Positions 40,947-53,387 of a stretch of DNA of 64,000 bases are shown piece after piece. Each line of letters begins with the position of its first letter. The first letter of the stretch is position 1. Where the stretch lies: assembly GCF_032191835.1 (NCBI RefSeq), contig NC_083228.1, positions 59,458,001 through 59,522,000 of the forward strand, written 5' to 3'. Both the position numbers and the translations under genes were made by a program. A model generated the notes under the pieces. That model was given only the letters and a program-made list of their open reading frames with translations. It searched no databases and was not told the origin of the DNA. This DNA is from Heteronotia binoei. Taxonomy: Eukaryota.

Positions 40947-42560
40947 CAGCTGGGCTATTAGGCCTGTTAATTTGGCATTCTAGGGGTGAGAACAGACAGG
41001 CATTTAAAGCCGCCTGGAGGATGGGAGGCAGGTGGACCAAAAAGCGTGTCCACACGCACACATCTGCACATTTTTCAGCCAGGAGGGGCAGGGAGTGGCC
41101 ATTAGGGATGTGCATTCGGCTCAGCCGAGCCGAAAATACAGCCGAATCAACGCTGATTCGGCTGTATTCGGCATTGCCCGCAGCCGAATGCCCTTGCCGC
41201 CAAAAATGCGGCTCCCGAATGCGGCTCGCCGTAGTCTCCCGAACCGCTATTCGGGAGAATACGGTACGGCTGTCAAAAGGCTGCTGTCAATGTAAAATTC
41301 CATAGAAAAGGCGGGAAGCGGATTCTGCAGCCTCAATGGAGCTGCTTGCTTAGCTTCCCGCCTTTAGTGCCCTCTTCCCGCCTCTCCTATAGCCTCCCTG
41401 GGGTCAGGGAGGGGGGGAGGGGGAAGAGGAGCCCCAGCAGCCAATCCAAAGCATGCATTTGCAAAATGCATTGCAAATGCATGATTTGCAGGGCTGTTGT
41501 TGTGTACTGTGTATGTATGTGTAGCTGATGGCCCAGCCATCAGCTACATTGTTATTTTGATCTTTTGCTTACTTGGGTATCCAAGTAAGCAATGTTCTCT
41601 GGCCAATCAGAGAGAGCAGTGCTATTTTTTGAAATTGCTCTCTGTAGGGCCAGAGAACCTTTTTAAGGAGTCTTCCTGCTGGACTCCTCCATTGCTGTGT
41701 TGGTGTATGTGGTGTGGGTTGGTGTGAGAGAGATTGTGCTGCTGCTAGTGGCTGGCCCTTGGCTTCAGCTCCTGCCTGCTGCTCTCTCACTGCCTTACCA
41801 GAGACCTCCCTGGACTCAGAGAAGACAAGGTAAGACAGTTTTGGGGTTCTTGTTTTAGTTTTTGTTGGTAAAAGGACTAGAGTCCCTTTACTTGTTCAGA
41901 TTTGGGTGGGTGAGTGCTGGGTGGGTAGGGTAGCCTATTTGGGGTTGAGGTTAGGTTCTGCTGGGGGTGGGGGGGCCTGGGGTGGAGTGGTTTTGCTAAT
42001 TTGCCCATATCTTAATTTAGTGAGAGGACTTTTTAAAGTGCAGTGTCCTTTTACTTCTCCTGATTTGGGTGGCTTGGATTTCTTGGGGTTAGGGTGAAGG
42101 GGTTTTTTTGGGGGGGGAGTTCCTGTATTATTAAAAGTTGAGTTTTTTACTGTTTCATTGTTTGATTTGTTGCTGCTGTGTTGTGTTGCTGCTGTGTTAC
42201 TTTTATCTTCAGGTTATTGGGGGGGGGGCTGTTTGGCCTAATTTTCATTGTTTTGTCCCCCTTTTCTGGTTCTGGTTTTAGGGGTGGGGGTGTTGTTGTT
42301 GACTGATTTGGCCTGAGTTTTCTTATTGGTGAAAGGCCACTTTTTAAAATCTTGAGTTGCTTTGCTTGGCCTTTTTTTTCCTGTTGTCACTTTCTTGGTG
42401 TGGGGTTGGGGGGGGCTGGGGGGGGGTTGTTGACTGATTTGGCCGGGACCAGCCAACCATCCATCACTCAAAGTAAGTCAAAATGCTTCTTGCTTTGTGT
42501 TGCAGAATGATGTTGAGCTAGGTGTGGTAGTCCACCACTTCTCTTGTTTGAGAGACTAGA

Positions 42561-43170
42561 GTTGTGTTGTTTGGGGCAGGGAAGCTGGCACCTGGGTGAG
42601 AGACCCAGAGGCAGCAGGCTTTTTGTGGTTTGCCAGCTCTCCCCATGTTGTTCGGGGCAGGGCTGGAGAGCTGGCACCTGTAGATTGTGTTGTTTGGGGC
42701 AGGGAAGCTGGCACCTGGGTGAGAGACCCAGAGGCAGCAGGCTTTTTGTGGTTTGCCAGCTCTCCCCGTGTTGTTCGGGGCAGGGCTGGAGAGCTGGCAC
42801 CTGTAGATTGTGTTGTTTGGGGCAGGGAAGCTGGCACCTGGGTGAGAGACCCAGAGGCAGCAGGCTTTTTGTGGTTTGCCAGCTCTCCCCGTGTTGTTTG
42901 GGGCAGGGCTGGAGAGCTGGCACCTGTAGATTGTGTTGTTTGGGGCAGGGAAGCTGGCACCTGGGTGAGAGACCCAGAGGCAGCAGGCTTTTTGTGGTTT
43001 GCCAGCTCTCCCCATGTTGTTCGGGGCAGGGCTGGAGAGCTGGGACCTGTAGATTGTGTTGTTTGGGGCAGGGAAGCTGGCACCTGGGTGAGAGACCCAG
43101 AGGCAGCAGGCTTTTTGTGGTTTGGCAGCTCTCCCCGTGTTGTTTGGGGCAGGGCTGGAGAGCTGGCATC
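42561..43170. repeat. About 5 x 123-bp tandem minisatellite inside element B
   Basis: Units start near 42561, 42684, 42807, 42930 and 43053. The 41-aa peptide repeat in the ORF track confirms a 123-bp period. Confidence 0.95.
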
Positions 43171-43759
43171 TGGGTTTGCTGCAGCCAGGTCTGCAGAGCA
43201 GACCTTGAGCAGATTGTGTTTTGTACTGCCACGACGTTGGCAACTGGGTTTTTATTGGTGCCAGGCCTGCAGGGTTCATAGATTAGATAGAGGGATGTAG
43301 TGCATTTGGGGCCTATAGAGATTCTCTGGTGTGAAGTTAGGTTTGGCTTTGGGTGCCCCAGGAATTGGACCCCCTGGTCCAATTTTTTTTTTGGCCTTGT
43401 GGGTTTTGTGTGGGACAGTCCCCTGAAGCTGCACAGCAGTTTGGGGGGCTCTCCTCAAAACCTCCTGCTCCCCAGAGCCACTTTTCCCACGACAATTGCA
43501 GTGAGGAAGTGGCTCTAATTGGTTTTTTCTCACCATTGGGAGCAGTGTTCCTTTTGGGGTGCCCACAGATGGGTGCTGTCTTTTGGGGCCAGGGGGGTTG
43601 CATGCTGGGGAGTCCCCTGAAGCTGCCCTGCAGTTTTGGGGCCTCTCCCTCAAACCCCCCTCTGGCCAGAGCCACTTTCCCCACAGCAATTGTAGTGGAG
43701 GAAGTGGCTAATTGGGCTTTCCCCATCATTGTTGGCAATGGGCCTTTTGGGGAGCCCAA

Positions 43760-44530
43760 AGACAGGGACCCCCTGGCCCAATCTTTTTGGGACTTGGGGG
43801 GGTTGTAGGGGAGAGTCCCCTGCAGGTCCCCTACAAATTTGGGGGCTCTCCCTCAAACCCCCTCCCCTTCAGGCGGCTTCAATTATACCCTATTTGCCAT
43901 TGATTTCAATGGCCCATAGGGTATAATGATGGAATAGGGGCACCCTCTTTGGGTGCCCCTGGAATGGGACCCCCTGGCCCAATCTTTTTGGGACTTGGGG
44001 GGGTTGTAGGGGAGAGTCCCCTGCAGGTCCCCTGCAAATTTGGGGGCTCTCCCTCAAACCATCTCCCCTCCAGGCGGCTTCAATTATACCCTATTTGCCA
44101 TTGATTTCAATGGCCCATAGGGTATAATGATGCAATAGGGGCACCCTCTTTGGGTGCCCCTGGAATGGGACCCCCTGGCCCAATCTTTTTGTGACTTGGG
44201 GGGTTTGGAGGGGAGAGTCCCCTGCAGGTCCCCTGCAAATTTGGGGGCTCTCCCTCAAACCCCCTCCTCTCCAGGCGGCTTCAATTATACCCTATTTGCC
44301 ATTGATTTCAATGGCCCATAGGGTATAATGATGGAATAGGGGCACCCTCTTTGGGTGCCCCTGGAATGGGACCCCCTGGCCCAATCTTTTTGGGACTTTG
44401 GGGGTTTGGAGGGGAGAGTCCCCTGCAGGTCCCCTGCAAATTTGGGGGCTCTCCCTCAAACCCCCCCCCTCCAGGCGGCTTCAAATATACCCTATTTGCC
44501 ATTGATTTCAATGGCCCATAGGGTATAATA
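43760..44530. repeat. About 3.8 x 201-bp tandem repeat inside element B
   Basis: GGGCACCCTCTTTGGGTGCCC recurs near 43938, 44139 and 44340. Confidence 0.92.
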
Positions 44531-45894
44531 GGGCCGTATATTCGGAAATAGCCGCGCATTACCGTATATGCGGCTATTCCGAATACTGCATTCAGCAGTA
44601 CAGGGGGAATCCGAAATTTTTTTCCCCGTGTACTTCCGAATCCGTGCACTTCCGAATTTTTTTTTTTTTTGCACATCCCTAGTGGCCATTCCAGTAGCTA
44701 CTTTTTTTACCAAACAACCCCTGGGCAGAATTTTTGCTGGCTGCGGTCATCTGATGGTGAGGAAGGCTTTTTTTTTTTCTTTGCTCCCCCCCCCCCTTCT
44801 TCCTTTCCCTGCAAATGATGCAACAGTGGGAGGGCTTCTAGTGCCCTGGCCCTACTCGTGGACATTCTGGTGCTTTTTGGGCATTTAATAAGGGAATTTT
44901 GGACTGGATAGTCCACTGGCCTGATCCAATATGGCTCNNNNNNNNNNNNNNNNNNNNNNNNNNNNNNNNNNNNNNNNNNNNNNNNNNNNNNNNNNNNNNN
45001 NNNNNNNNNNNNNNNNNNNNNNNNNNNNNNNNNNNNNNNNNNNNNNNNNNNNNNNNNNNNNNNNNNNNNNNNNNNNNNNNNNNNNNNNNNNNNNNNNNNN
45101 NNNNNNNNNNNNNNNNNNNNNNNNNNNNNNNNNNNNNNNNNNNNNNNNNNNNNNNNNNNNNNNNNNNNNNNNNNNNNNNNNNNNNNNNNAAACTTTTCTG
45201 TTCATCATACTGTTGTTGCAGACATAGGAGCTCTGCCAATGAAAAGTTGGCACCCCCAGTTGTAGCCAGGTGGCCTTTTATGAGATTTCTGTGTGAGTGA
45301 GTGAGAGTAAAATGTGCAGGGCAGAAAGAGATCATTGAAGATTACTGTGGTATATCTCACAGCACTGGAAGAGATGGTACTTGGCAACATTTTACTGGTC
45401 CTGCTTTTAACAGCTGACACCAAAATTAAATTCCTTCTGTAGATATTAAAAAGGATGAAAGTAGTTCACTGGCTAAGTATCTGCACAACAGGTTGCTTTT
45501 AAAGGCATGGGAAACACAGCCAATAAAAAGCTGCAAGCCCTTCATAAATATTCTTTTTGGGATAACTGCAGAAAAGCTTGTATGAACTTCATATAACTTG
45601 AAATTAATTCATTAATTGCAATACAATCCTCTGCTACCTTGCACAGCAGTTTCCCCGTGTTTCAACCAAAGAAAAGTATGAAAAATAGCTGTTGAAATAT
45701 TTTCTTGAAACCAAGCAAGCTTGGTTGTAGCTTGAGGCAGGGTTCCAGTAGTAGCAGCTGAAGGAAAGGCCTACTAAATGTGTCAGCATATTTTGAGGTA
45801 GAGCAGCTGCCAGGGCCCAGTGTGGGTTGTACACAGTGCTGGCATTCCTGGTGGCATTGGCAACAGCACTCCCATTTGCATACACTGGCCAGTG

Positions 45895-45952
45895 CTGTTT
45901 TATTTTTATTCAATTTATATCCCACCCTCCCCGCCAAAGCAGGCTCAGGGCG
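45895..45952 (-). mobile_element. Short L2 tail inserted in family A copy 2
   Basis: TTTATATCCCACCCTCCCCGCCAAAGCAGGCTCAGGGCGG is absent at the homologous site of copy 1 (about 6770). Confidence 0.75.
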
Positions 45953-46009
45953 GAAGGGATGTGAAGGTGCTGCAGGCAATTGAACATGGGCATTAGGAGT
46001 GCTTGGAAG

Positions 46010-48971
46010 CAGGGGTGTGCATTCAGTTCAGCCGAACCGCATAGACCACTGAATCACCCCTGATTCGGAAGTATATGGCACCATATACTTCCGATTTCAT
46101 TTTCAGGACATTAAACGGGAACCGTATATGGCTCCCCATATACTTTGGTATAGATATTCGGAAGTATACGGAATTCAATGCAAAAGGCGGGAAAGGGGCT
46201 TCTGCAGCCTCAGGGGAGCTGCTTGCTTCCTTTCCCGCCTTTGGAAACCCTTTCCCGCCTCTCCCATAGCCTCCCTGGGATCAGGGAGGCAGGGGGATAG
46301 GAGCCCCAGCAGCCAATCCAAAGCATGCATTTGCAAAATGCATTGCAAATAAATGCTTTGCAGGGCTGTTGTGTAGTTGATGGCTGGGCTAATCCACCAG
46401 CCATCAGCAACATTGTTGTTCTTTTGTTTACTGGGTTTACTGCAGCCAGTGTTATCTGGCCAATTACAGAGCAGTGGTATGCTCTGTATAGGGTCAGAGA
46501 ACCTTTTTAAGGAGTCTGCCTGGCTGGACTCCATTTCCATTGCTGTTGTGTTGGTGTGATAGAGAGATTGTGCTGCACTGGCCCTTGGCTTCAGCTGCTG
46601 CTGCTCTCTCTCAGCCTTGCCTGACCTGCCAGACAGTGCCTGGAGAAGAGAAGACTAAGGTAAGACAGTCTTGGGGTTCTTGTTTTTATTTTAGTTAGTA
46701 AAATGACTTTTCGTTAGTAAAAGGACTTTTACTTATCCAGATTTGGGTGGGTGAGTACTGGGTAGCTTATTTGGGGTTAGGGGGTTCTGCTGGGGGTGTG
46801 GGCCTGGGGTGGGGGGTTTGCCAATTTGCCTGTATCTTACTTTAGTGAGAGGACTTTTAAAAGTGCAGTGTCCTCTTACTTTTCTTGATTTGGGTGGCTT
46901 GGATTTCTTGGCGTTAGGGTGAAGGGTTTTTTTGGGGGGGAGGAGGGATTGGTTTTTTTACTGTTTTAAAAGGATTCTGTGTTTGATTTGTTGCTGCTGT
47001 GTTGTGCTGCTATTGTTCCTTTTCTCTTCTGGTTCTTTGGGGGGGGGCTGTTTAAAGGCCACTTTTTTAATAGTTGAGTTTGTTGGCCTTCTGTTTGGAT
47101 CTATTCTCTATTGCTGCAGGTTTTGCATCCTCCTGTTCTGGTTTGGGGGGGGGGGGGTATTGTTGACGGATTTGGCCTGAGGTTTCTTATTGGTGAAAAG
47201 GCCACTTTTTTAATAGTTGAGTTTCTTGGCCTTGTCCCTTTTCCTGGTTCTGGGTTTGGTGGGGGGGGGGAGTTTGATTTGTTGCTGCTGTCTGTGTTGT
47301 GTTGCTGTTGTTCCTTTTCTCTTCTGGTTCTGGTTCTTGGGGGGGGGGGCTGTTTGGCCTAATTTTCATTGTTTAAAAGGCCACTTTTTTAACAGTTGTG
47401 TTTGTTGGCCTTCTGTTTGGATCTATTGTTGCAGGTTTTGCATCTTCCCTCTAATGGGACAGTGATGCTGGTGTGTTGCTGAGCTGAGAGAGAAGGAATG
47501 GTTGCCTTCCTCTCACACAATCCCAGTGATCTTCCTCATTCGGGGTGCAATTCTGGCTCGCCTCCTCATGGTGCACCCTGGGTAACACAAAAGAGCCTGG
47601 ACCAGCCAACCATCCATCACTCAAGGAAAGTCAAAATGCTTCTTGCTTTGTGTCAGATACAGAATGATGTGGAGCTAGGTGTGGTGGTCCACCACTTCAC
47701 TTATTTGAGAGTTGTGTGGGGCAGGGCTGGAGAACTGGCATCTGTAGATTGTGTGTTCTGTGGCAGGGAAGCTGGCACCTGAGTGAGAGACCCAGAGCCA
47801 GCATGCTTGTTGTGCTTGGCCAGCTCTCCCCATGTTGTTTGGAGCTGGGCTGGAGAGCTGGCATCTGGGTTTACTGCAGTCTGCAGAGCAGACCTTGAGC
47901 AGATTGTGTTTTGTGTGGCAGTGACATTGGCAACTGGGTTTATATTGGTTCCAGGCCTGCAGGGTTCATAGAGTACATAGAGGGATGTAGTGTATTTGGG
48001 TCCTATAGAGATTCTCTGGTATGAAGTTAGGTTTGGCTTTGGGTGCCCCAGGAATTGGACCCCCTGGTCCATTTTTTTTTTTTTTGCCTTGTGGGTTTTG
48101 TGTGGGACAGTGCCCTGAAGCTGCACAGCAGTTTGGGGGGCTCTGCTCAAAACCTCCTGTTCCCCAGAGCCACTTTTTCCACGACAATTACAGTGAGGAA
48201 GTGGCTCTAATTGGTTTTTTCTCACCATTGGGAGCAGTGTTCCTTTTGGGGTGCCCACAGATGGGTGCAGTCTTTTTTGAGCCAGAGGGGTTTTGTACTG
48301 GGGAGTCCCCTGAAGCTGCCCTGCAGTTTTGGGGCCTCTCCCTCAAACTCCCCTCTGGCCAGAGCCACTTTCTCCACAGCAATTATAGTGGAAGAAGTGG
48401 CTAATTGGGCTTTCCCTATCATTGTTGGCAATGGGCCTTTTGGGGAGCCCAAAGACAGGGACCCCCTGGCCCAATCTTTTTGGGACTTGGGGGTTTTGTA
48501 GGGGAGAGTCCCCTGCAGGTTCCCTGCAATTTTTGGGGCTCTCCCTCAAACCCCCTGCCCCCAGTAGCCTCTAATTATGCCCTATGTTGCCATTGATTTC
48601 AATGGCCCATAGGGTATAATGGTGGAATAGGGGCACCCTCTTTGGGTGCCCCTGGAATGGGACCCCCTGGCCCAATCTTTTGGGGACTTTGGGGGTTTGT
48701 AGGGGAGAATCCCCTTCAGGTTCCCTGCAAATGTGGGGGCTCTCCCTCAAACCCCCTCCCCTCCAGGCAGCTTCAAATATACCCTATTTTGCCATTGATT
48801 TCAATGGCCATAGGGTATAATGGGGCCGTATATTCGGAAATAGCCGCGCATCTACCGTCTATGTGGCTATTCCGATTACGGTAATAGGAAATACACGGTA
48901 TTCTGTATTTTTTAACCCCATGTATTTCCGAATCCGTGTAATTCCGATTTTTTTTTTTTTGCACACCCCTA
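46010..48971. mobile_element. 3.0-kb non-autonomous hAT element, family B copy 2
   Basis: TIRs CAGGGGTGTGCA / TGCACACCCCTA, exact 8-bp TSD CTTGGAAG (46002-46009, 48972-48979). Collinear with 41103-44681. Confidence 0.92.
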
Positions 48972-50109
48972 CTTGGAAGCTGGAAAAGAATACACAAACA
49001 GATAGCAGCATGCAGGTGTGGGAGTGAAAAGAGAGGCCCACCCACTTCCCACCCCCATTTTGGCTCAGCATGAGTTTCAGAGAGATTTTTCTGAAAATGA
49101 ATTTACTTCCAAAGAAGAGGCAGGTTTGGTGGAGTGCCCTGGAAGTGACATCACAGGAAAAGGTGGAGTTTTGGTTCAGTGTGTGCCCCGGAAGTAACAT
49201 CTCTTGGTCCTTGATACCACAGGAAATGACATAATTCCTGGCTCCACCCCCAAAGTCTCCACCCCCAAATTTTAGTGGGCCATGAAGGAGAAGTGTAAAA
49301 ATAACCGGGCCACGGGAAATAAAAGTTTGGGAAACCCTGATCTAGAGAACCCTGCAAAACTGAAATAGGTTACATCAGCAATGCCACATTAAGCAAATAT
49401 ATAAAAAGAGAGAATAAGATAAACAGAATGACAAACGAAATTGCTCCCTGACACAGAACAGCTATGCAGAAGGAGTGAATTTTCAGCACCTTTGCTAGGC
49501 TTTGCTGCACCTCATGTAGTGAAATGACACTGGCTCTCACCACAAATAACTTGATCAACAGTCACCTTTTTGGCAAAGAATATTTAATTTGCACTCTGAT
49601 AATATTAAGAGATTAGCCTAAATCCACTTCTCTAGCCTAAATCCACTTCTCCAGGCAAGACAAGAAGCTATGAGGTTAGATTCAGCTGGAAACTAGTTGC
49701 ATGGAAAGAAAATGTATCACTATGTTCATGGCTGTCCTAGGTGATTGTTTGAACACACTGCTCATGAACAGCTGAACTGGCCAGTTTAAAAAAAAAAAAT
49801 CACCACCACCCCCTGGTCATAATCAGTAATAATATTAGCCAAACCATCAGGTGCATCCCTACTCCAGAAACTGCAGAAAACAGAGGCCACTAGGATTTCT
49901 TTGAAGACTCTGCAAGTATAAGGGAGAGGTTTGGATTGAGAATAAAATGAGGTAGAATCTGGCTATTTAGGGAGAGGCATTTTTTTAACAAAAAAGAAGC
50001 CATTAGGAGGTTTAGTCTGCTGTGTCACCAATGTGGGGATTATATGTTTACCTATGCTTACCTTTCTTCTCCAACTAATTCCAAGGATGCTGCTGATGTT
50101 CTGAATTGG

Positions 50110-50210
50110 TGCTTGGAGTCAGCAATGGGCTAGATGAGGGTGAACAATCTGAAACTTAATTCTGTGAAGACAGAGGTTCTTGCGGTTAGCAGAAAGACAG
50201 CTATCTGGGT
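50110..50210 (+). mobile_element. Old L2 RT fragment
   Basis: Translates to MRVNNLKLNSVKTEVL, matching the L2 W(M/L)..N.LKLNP.KTEVL motif. Confidence 0.65.
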
Positions 50211-50318
50211 TTTTTAAAAGGCTTTCTGGAATTTCTCTTATTATAAGAGTAAACTGAAAGCAAGATGCAAGGGATGGAAGAATCATATTGGGAAAAGAAC
50301 TCTTAAAATGCCTTAGTG

Positions 50319-50455
50319 CAGGGGTGGCCAACGGTACCTCTCCAGATGTTTTTTTGCCTACAACTCCCATCAGCCTCAGCCAGCATGGCCAATGACTGGG
50401 GCTGATGGGACTTGTAGGCAAAAAACATCTGAAGAGCTACCATTGGCCACCCCTG
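50319..50455. mobile_element. Palindromic hAT MITE, same family as 3471-3599
   Basis: TIRs CAGGGGTGGCCAA / TTGGCCACCCCTG, exact TSD CCTTAGTG. Confidence 0.92.
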
Positions 50456-50583
50456 CCTTAGTGACTAGGAAGACTAAACCTGCAGCTCTTTTCTTACCCG
50501 GTGGTGGCAGTGGAAAAACCAGATCTGGAAAGTTTTTCCTTGTTCAATAAAAGAAATGGATGGGAAGAGTAAATGGCATCAGT

Positions 50584-50798
50584 GAGGGATGGTGGCTCAG
50601 TGGCAGAGCATCTGCTTGGGAAGCAGAAGGTCCCAGGTTCAATCCCCGGCATCTCCAAAAAAGAGTTCAGGCAAATAGGTGTGAAAAACCTCAGCTTGAG
50701 ACCCTGGAGAGCTGCTGCCAGTCTGAGAAGACAATACTGACTTTGATGGACCCAGGGTCTGATTCAGTATAAGGCAGCTTCATATGTTCATATGTTCA
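50584..50798 (+). mobile_element. Young tRNA-derived SINE with (ATATGTTC)n CR1-like tail
   Basis: GGTGGCTCAGTGGCAGAGCA (box A), GGTTCAATCCC (box B). Nearly identical to 61556-61763. Confidence 0.9.
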
Positions 50799-51699
50799 GT
50801 GATGGAAGGTAACCTGGAACACTTAATAATCTGGTACATTCTTCTCCTTAATAAAACAAGGAAGTCCATTTTTTTACCAATTAAAGTACGATAGCTTTGT
50901 CCTCTTTTTCATCTCATCAACTCATGGTGAGTTTTACAGAGGTTACATGAGAGCATACAGGTGTACAGTATAAGGGACCAACCTGGGGAAAGGGAATGAT
51001 GGAGACCTGAATATGCAGTGAGCTGAAAGAATTATTATTTTCAGTATGTTCCAGTTCCTGCCCTTTAATCTCCATAACTGTCTTCATCAAGAAATTACTG
51101 AACTGAGAATCAGGGTTCAAGTTTATCTGGAAATCATAGCCTCTGATTTGGTAATCTTTCCAGTAGTGAATGACTGCCCATTCTAATAAGGAACTAAGGG
51201 CTTGGGAGGTATAGCTGGCAAAGCTGCACATGAAACAATATTGAAGAAGAGAAGTCAGTTTCTGAGTTTCTTCAGCAACCTAATCACAATGCTCATTTTT
51301 AAAAGGTACTTGTGACATCTGGGCACTTGGATTTTTCCTTAACTGTATGCATGCGGATCAGTCTTTATTGTGGACTATCTAAGTGCATTCACACACACTA
51401 AATAAAGTGTTTTGCAACTGGATTTTTACTGTGTAAGAATAGCAAGATCCACTTGCAAACAGTCACTATGTGAAAGCACCTTCTGCATAACATTTCTAGG
51501 AAAGGTCCCATTGTCCAGAATTCTCAAAAATGAAATGAAAATGCAACTTGCAAGGGAGTACCTGTGCCACAAGGAGTCAAGATTAGACTCATTGGTTCCA
51601 CAGAATGCCACAGCTCAATTACTATCAGGAGCTAAGTGAAACATGTATTTTAATCCCATTCTGCAATCAGTCCATTGGCTGCCCATCCGTTACCAAATT

Positions 51700-51990
51700 C
51701 AATTCAACATATTGACTATCACATACAAAGCCCTTCACGGCCTTATTCCCTTGTAGTGCAGGACTACCTCTTACCTATGCTCTGCAGTTACAGTTTTGCT
51801 CATCAGAGCAGGGCCTCGTCCAAGTGCCAGCCTGCAAATGGGCAATATCAACAACTGCCCATACACTTGCATGCTTTGTTGTTGTCCTCATCTTACAGAA
51901 TGGCCTGCTTGATAAGATCAGAAAGGCTCTCAGTCTCCTAGCTTTCTGTAAGCCATGCAAAACTGAATTATAAAAGACAGCTTTTTTTAC
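51700..51990 (+). mobile_element. Old L2 3' fragment
   Basis: Degenerate L2 ORF2 end (ACATACAAAGCCCTTCACGGC...AGAATGGCCTGCTTGATAAGATCAG...AAAACTGAATTAT). Confidence 0.6.
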
Positions 51991-52119
51991 ACAGGTTATT
52001 AGGGCTGTATTGTAACAAAACACTTTGGTAAAAGGATAAGGACTGTAGACTGCACTACTATGTATAATGTGTTCTATCTGTTGGTGTAAGTATGATCTTA
52101 CAATGCAATTTTCCATCAT

Positions 52120-52470
52120 TTATTTATTAAAACATTTCCTCTTGGTACAAGGAGGCTTACAATAATAGTTAAAACATCCGCAGCTAAAAAATAGCAAATC
52201 CCAAATCTTTTCCCTCTCCATCCTTTAAAAGGTGCATGCTATTCAAACCCACCTCAAAAGCCCTGGCAAACAGACAGGCCTTGCAGCAGCTCCTGAAGCT
52301 CTCCAAGGAGGGGGCTTCTCTCATCTCTTCAGGGAGCCCATTCCCCAGCAACCAAGCCACGAGGGACAAGACCTGGTCTCTGGTTGATGCCAGACAGGCC
52401 ACCCAGTGTGGTGGGATAGCCAATAGACAGACTGCCGGATGACCACTGTTGGCACATGACATCCATTTAC
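52120..52470 (-). mobile_element. L2 3' fragment
   Basis: ORF 52184..52462(-) has NGLPEEMREAPSLESFRSCCKACLFARAF (L2 C-terminus). Confidence 0.8.
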
Positions 52471-53387
52471 CATGCCATGTTAATGTTTATCCTTTGTTTC
52501 AGCTCCATTTTCAGTCTTCTGCTTGATTTCAGTTTTCTGCAATCCAGACCTTATTGCTTTGCTTACTGGATCTCTCATCCTGGTGATGGTATTTGACCTA
52601 TACTGTGTGATCCACCTTGAGTTTCAGTGAGACAGGTGGGCTATAAATGATATAAATAAGTAAATAAATTATAAATATTTCTTATAAAACAATTTCTGAT
52701 GGTGGTGGTATTAATTACTGTCTCACAGGGTGATGGAGTAAACATGTGCATAGGGCATCTGCACCTGCTACTCCTCTCTCTGGGGCTAAGTCTAAATGAT
52801 ATGGTTTACCAAGCTCCCAGTTGTGAGGTGATGCATGGCATCAGTGCTTGCCATGTATGTTGATTGCTGCAAATGTTGATTGCTGCATTGTGCAGTATTC
52901 ATGTTTAAACAAAAAAGACCTTTTGCCATCAGGATATGCCTTTTCTTTCTCTCACACAGAGTTTGTAAGTTATTGCTAGATTTTTAAAGAAAGCTGAAGA
53001 TGGCACTGTATTAAAGAGAGAATCACGGACACAGATGGCTAGATACTCTCAGTTTTCTTGGGCAGTTTAGAATCAGAACTCTGTGGTAGAAGATACCAAA
53101 AACATAATTTAATGCCCTGTGAGCATTCTGCAAACATTCAAAATGCCACAAGCTAAAAATATCACAGAATTCTTGAAGTGGACAAGCTACCTGCTAGAAC
53201 TTGACAAACTACCTACTCAACATGCTAAATTCACATGATTACTCTTCTAAACAAACAAGTCCGTCACATGAAAACAGAAATCTCCCCATGGTCAGTGCAT
53301 TGTTTTTTAAAACTTTTTATGTAGCAAGTTGCTACTAGATGTATTATAGAAATATCCTCAACTGTAACAAATAATTCAGTGTATTAC

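Larger units (their letters stand above)
41103..44681. mobile_element. 3.6-kb non-autonomous hAT element, family B copy 1
   Basis: TIRs TAGGGATGTGCA / TGCACATCCCTA, exact 8-bp TSD GTGGCCAT (41095-41102, 44682-44689), CCGAA/TTCGG subterminal repeats. Confidence 0.92.
41000..49339 (-). mobile_element. Family A hAT element copy 2 (inverted, one end degraded) hosting nested insertions
   Basis: TIR at 49339 (rc CAGGGTTTCCCAAAC) flanked by ATCTAGAG. Segments 48972-49339, 44690-46009 and about 41030-41102 are collinear with 6341-8060 in reverse. Left boundary is approximate. Confidence 0.85.

Noticed and set aside
42468-43382. Repetitive 304-aa, 253-aa and 245-aa proteins; CRISPR-like array
   Set aside because: Products of a 123-bp minisatellite inside a hAT element. 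Units are contiguous, with no unique spacers.
50584-50660. tRNA gene (also 61556-61630)
   Set aside because: Box A/B head followed by a SINE body and an ATATGTTC tail; no full cloverleaf.
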